From positions 1 to 24,492 of IMG/VR virus record IMGVR_UViG_3300033388_002469: DNA of 24,492 nucleotides, one strand, 5' to 3'. The notes under the pieces are model-generated. The model was not told where the DNA came from and ran no database searches. It saw only the letters and a list, made by a program, of their open reading frames with translations. Positions within the stretch are counted from its first letter, which is position 1. Each line of letters begins with the position of its first letter. This DNA is from a virus. This document shows, one piece after another, positions 17,775 to 24,492 of the stretch. Position numbers and translations under genes: made by a program.

Positions 17775-18703
17775 ATCATTGATTTTTGACCGTTATCTCT
17801 TGTTAAAATCGGTCTTGTCCCAAATTCTGTAGCATTATGATGGTATGCACTCCTTACAGATTGCTTAACTTCATCAAATCCAAGACTTTGGTACGTGGTA
17901 AATATAGCGTCAAGCGCAATGTCTCTATCGACACCAGCGCGGTTAAATATACAACTTAAACAGAAAATGTAGTTATTCCTGTTTCCTTTTTTGTAAGCTC
18001 CTACTCCAGATTCAGCCCATTTCTTAGCTACATCCATTATGTACCTAACATCACGAGACTCAATGTAGCCTGGCCTATCTTCTTCAATAGGCTGGAACCT
18101 ACTACTTATTTCGGAGGTATTAGTCTTTGGAGCATCTTCCTCCAAACTAAAAGCTCTCTTACTCTCAAGATCCAAATACATATCCGGATCATAGCTGATA
18201 AAACAAAGTCTCCCAGGGTTCTTTCCTGAAGGGTCAATCTGAATTCCCCAGTTATCAATAAAGAACTCCTCAACACCTTTAAAATACCATTTATGATCCT
18301 TGGCTCCCATTTCGGAATAAGCTAAGGCCTTGATTCCACCTGAAGGAGATTTGAATGCACAGAATACAAAAGGAGTATCTACAACACACCATAGAGCTTC
18401 ATCATAAGGTATGTTTAGATCCTTTTTGTCAATATCAATCACCAGAATACCGGTGTATGATGAAATATTAGCATCTTTTCGTGTATCCTTGAATGTTCCA
18501 GAGAAGGTAACACCAGGAAAACCCTTTTTTAGGACCTCGCGTTTGTCTTTGTCGGTTTCCTGACGATACTCTTCTATCGGATCCTTCCAACGTCCTTCCC
18601 TAATGGCATAGATGATCTTCTCAACACTAAAAATGTTGGAACAATCTCTATCCAAGACGCCGTTGAATATATTTATACTTTGCCGAATGGTGCGAACATC
18701 CAT
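17771..18703 (-). CDS. BT4734/VirE_N-family primase-polymerase (AEP) with PriCT-1 domain
   Basis: Motifs PGVTFSGTF, YTGILVIDID, FKSPSGGIK, DPSGKNPGRLCFISYDP, then GNRNNYIFCLS (PriCT). Start placed at MDVRTI (18703); 18769 is also possible. Confidence 0.82.
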   Translation of the reverse strand: MDVRTIRQSINIFNGVLDRDCSNIFSVEKIIYAIREGRWKDPIEEYRQETDKDKREVLKKGFPGVTFSGTFKDTRKDANISSYTGILVIDIDKKDLNIPYDEALWCVVDTPFVFCAFKSPSGGIKALAYSEMGAKDHKWYFKGVEEFFIDNWGIQIDPSGKNPGRLCFISYDPDMYLDLESKRAFSLEEDAPKTNTSEISSRFQPIEEDRPGYIESRDVRYIMDVAKKWAESGVGAYKKGNRNNYIFCLSCIFNRAGVDRDIALDAIFTTYQSLGFDEVKQSVRSAYHHNATEFGTRPILTRDNGQKSMI

Positions 18704-19797
18704 ATCTGATTGTGTTTGTTTTCTCCCGAAGGTTTTAGGAATATTTGTTGCTTTGATGTAGTAATACACATCTCAGCAGTATCTGTTTTCATAGCAGATA
18801 AGGCCTCCCTGAGCAATACATGACTCATAGCCACATCAAACTCCAAATCATGATCATTCAGAATATCAATCATTTCTTCAGCTTCATTATTCTTTTTATC
18901 TCTTGCGAATATCCTTAGTATATTGCCTTCCTGAATAGTAAGACGAACTCGATTGTCATCTTCATTGTATGCTGATATCCTTGTTAAGGACTTCATCATA
19001 TCCTCTTTGGTAACCGTAAATTTATTGTCGGGCTCATTTTCAAAGAGAGGTAGATAGTCAGGAATCTTGTTATCAATCATTTTACATGCCAAAGTCAGTC
19101 CTGCAAACTCAAGATGTAGATCACCTTTATTTAATGATATCTTGCATTCACCATCATAGTTGAGGGTAGACATCAGTTTTGATAATATCTTATCCACAAT
19201 AAATGATTCTGGAATATCTGCAGGTAGTGTCATCTTACCCATTATTAGATTATCACCAGTCAACAATGCAAGTTTTCCATTAACATCTTTCAGTAGGGTT
19301 ATGTTACTAAAAGCTGCAGATGGGTTGTTAGCCTGAATATTCTGGCCGGTAATCTTCATCCTATCAAAAAACTCTCTCATAGGAAGTGTGAATCTAATCA
19401 AAGGATTCTCCAATTCAATCTTCCATTTAGGAAAGTCAGAAGGCTTGAAGCAAGCAATTTTATACCTATTCGTCTTACCTTCAGGCTTTAATTCTACAGA
19501 GCCGATATATCCAAGGTCATTCTCTTTAGTGTAAATGTTCACTTCACCATCAGGAAAATGGGATACAGTTCTTGCGAGTCTATGAAGAGTGCATGAAAAA
19601 TCAATATCCTCTTTTGATTCAACAGTTACTGAACCTGTCATTTCACATCCAGCATTTGTAATTCGAATGTTACATTTGTCTCCTCTAATGGAGAAAAGAA
19701 CTAATTGATCAACAGCAACAATACTTTTTCCAGGAATCCCTGGGAGTAGAAATGTCAATATCCTGCTTAGTGGTTCTCTATCTATTTTTATTTTCAT
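18673..19797 (-). CDS. dnaN: DNA polymerase III beta-type sliding clamp (divergent)
   Basis: 374 aa from MKIKIDREPL, with three-domain clamp pattern: 'SDFPK', 'IPDYLPLF', 'KEDMMKSLTRIS' and 'LLREALSAM'. Confidence 0.82.
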   Translation of the reverse strand: MKIKIDREPLSRILTFLLPGIPGKSIVAVDQLVLFSIRGDKCNIRITNAGCEMTGSVTVESKEDIDFSCTLHRLARTVSHFPDGEVNIYTKENDLGYIGSVELKPEGKTNRYKIACFKPSDFPKWKIELENPLIRFTLPMREFFDRMKITGQNIQANNPSAAFSNITLLKDVNGKLALLTGDNLIMGKMTLPADIPESFIVDKILSKLMSTLNYDGECKISLNKGDLHLEFAGLTLACKMIDNKIPDYLPLFENEPDNKFTVTKEDMMKSLTRISAYNEDDNRVRLTIQEGNILRIFARDKKNNEAEEMIDILNDHDLEFDVAMSHVLLREALSAMKTDTAEMCITTSKQQIFLKPSGENKHNQIWMFAPFGKV

Positions 19798-19798
19798 C

Positions 19799-20005
19799 CT
19801 ATTGTAATTTGAAATTATGATACTTACCTCCTGAGAATTCTTCTTCAGGCATACACACGGTATCACCTTGAGTATTTCCATGATAATCTGGCGGTCTTAC
19901 TATTGAATCTTTTGATTCACACTCTTGAATTCCAATGTAATATCCATCAATAAAAGCACCTATAATTAGTATAGTGCAAAAAAATACTATCGCCATTCTT
20001 TTCAT
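19799..20005 (-). CDS. Small membrane-anchored/exported protein
   Basis: 68 aa; basic N-terminus, hydrophobic helix, then QEC. Confidence 0.55.
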   Translation of the reverse strand: MKRMAIVFFCTILIIGAFIDGYYIGIQECESKDSIVRPPDYHGNTQGDTVCMPEEEFSGGKYHNFKLQ

Positions 20006-21708
20006 ACCTCAGTAAATTTGCTGTCCACAATAGCCTCCAGATTGTTATCCTTAGCATATTGACTGATCAGCTTGTTAAACACTTTATTTTCTACATTACC
20101 ATAATGAACAACACCCTTCTTACCTTTGTCAAGGACGCTATTAATATCAGTAGACTTATCAATAATTAGGTCATATATATGTTCATCAATTGAATTCTTC
20201 ACGATTGTATAGTAAACGTTTACAGAACGCTTCTGTCCAATTCTGTGAGCCCTCTTTTGAGGTTGCTCTATATCATCTGGAGTAAATGGAAAGTTCATAA
20301 ATATCACATCAGATGCATTGACGAGGTTAATACCAACCCCTGCAGCTTTTACATTACCCAAAAACACTTCACATTCTGGATCTTTAACAAATCTATCAAT
20401 CAGAGTAGACCTATTCAAAGAGTCTACATCACCAGTAATCTTAACACATTTGTCTTTGTAATGCTCCTCAAGAGCTCCAAGAGCAGACTTGTACGTAGCG
20501 AACACAATTACTTTACGTCCTTCTGATCTAATCTTATCAATCAGCTCTACAATCTTCTTAGACTTAGATGTTGCTAAAATCCTATTAAGACTGTGCACAT
20601 TCTCAGTTAAGTTCTCCAACTGCTCAATATCTTCACCCCCAGCAATGTTCTTTCTATTCTGATACATATCAGCCAGAGTCTGTCTGTACTCATCTGTGAT
20701 ATCACTATCATCCATGTAATACTTGTTGATGATCAGTTCTGGAAGGTCCAAACATTCCTCAGTCTTTTTACGGATCATGAAGTTAGCTTGTCTCATGGAT
20801 AGTTCATCTATGTTTTTGGCTCCAACAATTTTGTCACCTCTAAATCCAGGGACCTTAGCTGTGTATCTATTCAGAAAGTATTTATTGTTATTTCCGAGTG
20901 GGTGCCTTGCCAGTTTCAGGTAAGCAAATAGATCATTTACCCTATTTGTAATAGGAGTACCTGAAAGCATAGTAACTCTTGCTTTGGAAAAATGCCTAAC
21001 CAATTTCTCAACATCTTTATATCTGTTGGTTTTGTGGTTCTTGATTAAGTGGCACTCATCAATGATTATATGGCCTACATCATACTTTGTTAAATGCTCC
21101 CAGTGTTTATCTATTATTTCATAATTGATAACAACGAATCTTTCGAGAAATGCTTTAACACATCTGGTCCTCTTAGAATCAAGAATAGTCCAGTAAATAG
21201 GATTATACCCCCATCCATCAGTCATATCATGATACCAATTCCATTTAACTCCTGCTGGAGCTATGATGATAGTCCTCTTGATTCTCATCACTTTTGATAG
21301 GGTCGCTGATGTAATGGTCTTTCCTAACCCCATATCGAATGATAGGAAATTGTATTGATGGTGAATCATTTCTACAATAGCATTTTGTTGATGCTTGTAT
21401 AGTGTTTTGTCATAATCAATTCTGGAAATAAAGTTGTCTTTAGTCCATTTTCTATGAGCTGCATACATAACCTTCAGGGTTGCGAAAATCTGTTTTTTCC
21501 GCTGGGCCTGATCAGCTGAGTAAAGGAATGTGAAACACTCATATAGAAACTTACTCAAAGCCTCCGGCCATACATTCTTTACATCACCAGAAAAGGAATT
21601 ATGACCATCCTCTGATAAGCCAATACAATGAGCAGAGAAACGATCATTCTCGCTCCAACCATTCTTTGTCAGTCTAAATTTTGTTTCGTCAATTCTTTCA
21701 AATGCCAT
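20002..21708 (-). CDS. SNF2-family (SF2) helicase/translocase
   Basis: Motifs FDMGLGKT, IIIDECH, LSGTPITN, AAGVGINL and QPQKRAHRIGQ. Confidence 0.92.
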   Translation of the reverse strand: MAFERIDETKFRLTKNGWSENDRFSAHCIGLSEDGHNSFSGDVKNVWPEALSKFLYECFTFLYSADQAQRKKQIFATLKVMYAAHRKWTKDNFISRIDYDKTLYKHQQNAIVEMIHHQYNFLSFDMGLGKTITSATLSKVMRIKRTIIIAPAGVKWNWYHDMTDGWGYNPIYWTILDSKRTRCVKAFLERFVVINYEIIDKHWEHLTKYDVGHIIIDECHLIKNHKTNRYKDVEKLVRHFSKARVTMLSGTPITNRVNDLFAYLKLARHPLGNNNKYFLNRYTAKVPGFRGDKIVGAKNIDELSMRQANFMIRKKTEECLDLPELIINKYYMDDSDITDEYRQTLADMYQNRKNIAGGEDIEQLENLTENVHSLNRILATSKSKKIVELIDKIRSEGRKVIVFATYKSALGALEEHYKDKCVKITGDVDSLNRSTLIDRFVKDPECEVFLGNVKAAGVGINLVNASDVIFMNFPFTPDDIEQPQKRAHRIGQKRSVNVYYTIVKNSIDEHIYDLIIDKSTDINSVLDKGKKGVVHYGNVENKVFNKLISQYAKDNNLEAIVDSKFTEV

Positions 21709-21743
21709 ATTCCTCAGTAATTAATAATAAAAAGATAAACATC

Positions 21744-21916
21744 TACCCCTTCATATCGGCACCTATTAATGGTTTTGCGAAGGAGTAAGCCGCCAAATAC
21801 GCATCTTGTCAACCATGCGTGTTGCATTTATCTAAGTTAGGAATCCTCTTTCGATTAAGCATGGTCGCTTTATTGCCTATCCCACCCATGCGTATTATCC
21901 TCGTAAACTTCGGATA
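21744..21916 (-). ncRNA. Candidate structured intergenic RNA / cis-regulatory leader
   Basis: Stems AATACGCAT/ATGCGTATT (9 bp), ACCATGC/GCATGGT (7 bp), TACTCCTTC/GAAGGGGTA (9 bp with a G-U that pairs only on the minus strand) and TATCC/GGATA, within a 211-nt non-coding gap. Confidence 0.5.
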
Positions 21917-21919
21917 TCT

Positions 21920-23371
21920 TTAATCAACAGTTTCAGCAAATTTAATATCCATATCACCTGCATTCCAATCAACCATCTCAATGAATAGTTGATAACCATT
22001 CTTCTCAACCATTGTCAATATGCCATTGTACAGCTTCTTATCTAACAATGATCCATCACGGATGATAATGATTTTTAGGTTTGGATTCATTGCCATAGCA
22101 ATTTTCACTCCAACCCCAATTATAACAGATGTAGGATGCTGATTCTCGTTGAACTCTAATCCTTTATATAAAACTTTATCTTCAGTAAATTCCAGACCTT
22201 TAACCGGTAATGGGTTGTCTATAAATACTTGTTTTTTGTCTTTGACACATTTATTGATCTCCTCTGTCATTTTGACAGATAGATTCTTTTTCTTCTGAAT
22301 CTCAACGTGTCTCTCTTTAATCTTAACAACCTCAGAAGCTTTCTTGTTCCATTCATCAATCGCAGCCTTCTGTTCAAGAAGAGATTCAGTAGAGGGTTTT
22401 TTGTTCTTCTCAAGCCAAGCCTTGAATTTATCCAGATCCTCTTGCTTCTTAGGTAAACTTTCTTTGGCTTCACTCATCAAGCCGATAGACTCTCCAAGTT
22501 CGTTCTTGAATTTAGCTACATTAACAAGCATATTGGCTGTCTTCTGCTCCTTCTTATAAGGCTCCATTGAATCAATGAAATTCTTAACTACATTCCACTT
22601 CTCTTTTTCACCATCCAGCTGCTTGGCAAGATTCTCCATCTCAACAATCTCTCTCTCAATTTCAGAAGTCTTGCTATTTGCCTTCTGCCATTTCTCAATA
22701 GCCTCACCGAGATCATTCAACTTCTTGTCAACCTCTTCTGAAGATTTTAATTCTCCATACTTCTCAAGGTCTACATCAGTAAACTCGTGATTATTCTGCT
22801 CTTCAAGAAATTTAATCTGAGAATTATTCTCAGTTCTCTTTTCGACTATTTCTTTTCGTCTAATATCAATAGCCATCATCTCCTTTTGAGCTTCTTTAGG
22901 GATGAATGCCTTAAGCATTTCAATTTGTTTCTTTACACCTTCCTTAGATTGAGTTCCTGAAGGAGTTTTGGCTAACTGAAGGAATCTATCTACATCAAAC
23001 GAGATATCACCTGTAATCTGCTCCAATGCAGATGCTGGGCTTTTAACTTTAGCTCCATCTTTGTCAGTTATAACCAATCGACCAGCTTGCTTCTCCTGAG
23101 AGAAGTACATATCAACATTGTATTCAACCTGCTCTCCGTTAAGATCACCTCCAATAACAACAGATACAGACCCTCGTTCTTCACCTTCCTTTATTGGTTG
23201 AGTAGGTTTGTACGTCTTCAGGAATGGAGAGAAAACAGCTTGTAAGAAGCTAGATTTACCTTGTTGGTTAGCACCTACAATTAGAGTAGACTTTCCATTC
23301 ATATGAAATGTAGTGTGGCTAAGGTTCTTGAAATTATTAATCTCGGCTTTTAATATTTTAAGTTCACTCAT
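21920..23371 (-). CDS. SMC/Rad50-like (AAA_23) ATPase with long coiled coil
   Basis: N-terminal 'ILKAEINNFKNL', Walker A GANQQGKSS, central coiled coil, C-terminal IIIIRDGSLLD. Confidence 0.82.
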   Translation of the reverse strand: MSELKILKAEINNFKNLSHTTFHMNGKSTLIVGANQQGKSSFLQAVFSPFLKTYKPTQPIKEGEERGSVSVVIGGDLNGEQVEYNVDMYFSQEKQAGRLVITDKDGAKVKSPASALEQITGDISFDVDRFLQLAKTPSGTQSKEGVKKQIEMLKAFIPKEAQKEMMAIDIRRKEIVEKRTENNSQIKFLEEQNNHEFTDVDLEKYGELKSSEEVDKKLNDLGEAIEKWQKANSKTSEIEREIVEMENLAKQLDGEKEKWNVVKNFIDSMEPYKKEQKTANMLVNVAKFKNELGESIGLMSEAKESLPKKQEDLDKFKAWLEKNKKPSTESLLEQKAAIDEWNKKASEVVKIKERHVEIQKKKNLSVKMTEEINKCVKDKKQVFIDNPLPVKGLEFTEDKVLYKGLEFNENQHPTSVIIGVGVKIAMAMNPNLKIIIIRDGSLLDKKLYNGILTMVEKNGYQLFIEMVDWNAGDMDIKFAETVD

Positions 23372-23374
23372 TTA

Positions 23375-24394
23375 TTAGTTGTTAAGTTTTGATTTTAATT
23401 CTTGATATGCTGCATATTGAGGACATACAGAAGCAACTGGACAGAACTTGTCACATCTCTTACGCTCTCCTGGATAGAACTCTTTATACATTCCAATGTA
23501 CTTAAGCTCATTCATCTCCATGAAATCATTAGCAGCTTCTTCACTAATAAACCCAGCCTTAATAGCTCTCTTACGCTCTTTAGTGGTAACTTTCCAAGTA
23601 TCATTAGTGGCCCACATCTCCTTAGGAGTGCATGGTTCTACATCACCATTCATAGCTCTCAAGTGAAGCTCAGCTCTTTTTTTGATCCACTTCTCCATCT
23701 TCTCCTGAGGATGTAAAGGGATTGGAATCTCCATAGCCATAGCCTTAGGATAGTCTCTATTCCTAACCTTCTCAATCTCTTTGTAGTCTTTGAATATAGC
23801 CATGATTTGAGCTTCTTCAACCTCAAAACCACTCTTTCTAAGCATGTATGCATAAGTATTCATCTGAGCATACCACTTCTTCTTAGATTCTTCGTAAAGA
23901 TATCCCCAAACAGAAGTAACCTTATAGTCCTCAAGTAGCTTCTTCTTGACCCAGAACTTATCAAATGTACCAGACAATTCAAGAACACCTATGTCAGTCT
24001 CTATACTTACAGTAAGAGTCTTTTCAGTGATCACATCTTTAGAAAAGGCTTCTGGAAATTTTGCGCGGGCTAATGTATTCAAAAAATCAGCTGCCTTACC
24101 ATTCTTCTCACCACCAATATCCCTAAGAACCTCAACAGCATCTAACAATTGTCTTGCAGAAGCGTGAGCAACCTCAGCTCTATCAATAATATGATGAACC
24201 CCAGTACCGAGTAGCATCCATAATCTCTTAACTACATCTTCCTCTACAGTATGGTTGGCAAGTAAGTAAGATATCTGTGGAGCATCAATGAATTTAGTTG
24301 CAGAAATATCTCCATATCTACGGTGTTTGTCTACAAGACAAGCTCTGGCTAGTACTTCTGGAACTCCGGTTTTATTAACAAGTTTAATTGGCAT
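23375..24394 (-). CDS. Cas4/AddB-like PD-(D/E)XK exonuclease
   Basis: Motifs 'GTGVHHII', LSGTFD, EDYKVT and QMNTYAYML; C-terminal RCDKFCPVASVC Cys cluster. Confidence 0.8.
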   Translation of the reverse strand: MPIKLVNKTGVPEVLARACLVDKHRRYGDISATKFIDAPQISYLLANHTVEEDVVKRLWMLLGTGVHHIIDRAEVAHASARQLLDAVEVLRDIGGEKNGKAADFLNTLARAKFPEAFSKDVITEKTLTVSIETDIGVLELSGTFDKFWVKKKLLEDYKVTSVWGYLYEESKKKWYAQMNTYAYMLRKSGFEVEEAQIMAIFKDYKEIEKVRNRDYPKAMAMEIPIPLHPQEKMEKWIKKRAELHLRAMNGDVEPCTPKEMWATNDTWKVTTKERKRAIKAGFISEEAANDFMEMNELKYIGMYKEFYPGERKRCDKFCPVASVCPQYAAYQELKSKLNN

Positions 24395-24417
24395 ATTTTA
24401 TTCTAATTAGCGGATGA

Positions 24418-24448
24418 CAAATATAGGAATATTTAGGTAACATCCAAA
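24418..24448 (-). promoter_or_regulatory. Bacteroidota primary-sigma promoter (TTTG-N19-TATATTTG)
   Basis: Minus strand TTTG GATGTTACCTAAATATTCC TATATTTG is a perfect -33/-7 consensus with 19-nt spacer, 23 nt upstream of the ATG at 24394. Confidence 0.8.
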
Positions 24449-24463
24449 TGATTTTACCTAAAT
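24431..24463. repeat. 10-bp perfect inverted repeat flanking the -33 box (operator/hairpin candidate)
   Basis: ATTTAGGTAA-N13-TTACCTAAAT. Confidence 0.75.
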
Positions 24464-24492
24464 TTCTTTTACTCTGAATTCATGGAACGACC

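Noticed and set aside
20002-21708. Intein or intron in the helicase (or in other replication genes)
   Set aside because: Motif spacing and length are normal; no intein splice motifs or homing-endonuclease signatures seen.
21809-21889. 26-aa minus-strand ORF (MGGIGNKAT...) in the structured gap
   Set aside because: Short, no recognisable features, and better explained by the base-pairing pattern. A leader-peptide role cannot be excluded.
23375-24394. CRISPR-Cas association of the Cas4-like gene
   Set aside because: No repeat-spacer array or other cas genes in the window; solo Cas4-like nucleases are common in phages.

Overview
AT-rich, gene-dense segment of a large tailed-phage genome that most likely infects a Bacteroidota (Flavobacteriia-like) host. 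Host evidence: TTTG-N19-TAnnTTTG promoters, mostly SD-less A-rich translation starts, SprB repeats, a BT4734-type primase and a YopX-like 'ELRIGN' protein. Two convergent blocks meet at overlapping stop codons at 14517-14520. The + strand (1-14520) is a late module. It carries the 3' part of a very large internal-virion/polyvalent-type protein, a Cys-rich cluster with two collagen fibres, Ig-like, SprB-repeat, coiled-coil, beta-helix tailspike and lectin-like proteins, a spanin candidate, three membrane proteins and an Amidase_3 endolysin. The - strand (24394-14517) is a replication/recombination operon: Cas4-like nuclease, SMC/Rad50-like ATPase, SNF2 helicase, beta sliding clamp, primase-polymerase, YopX-like protein, PD-(D/E)XK endonuclease, HTH protein and SSB. 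The most unusual elements are (i) a tRNA-shaped RNA inside the operon whose anticodon loop is 8 nt, or alternatively sealed as a UCCG tetraloop, (ii) a ~190-nt multi-stem, apparently bistable intergenic RNA upstream of the helicase, (iii) host-type gliding/adhesin domains in the virion module, and (iv) a split gene bridged by a two-codon minigene. All family assignments come from motif recognition by eye; no database search was run.
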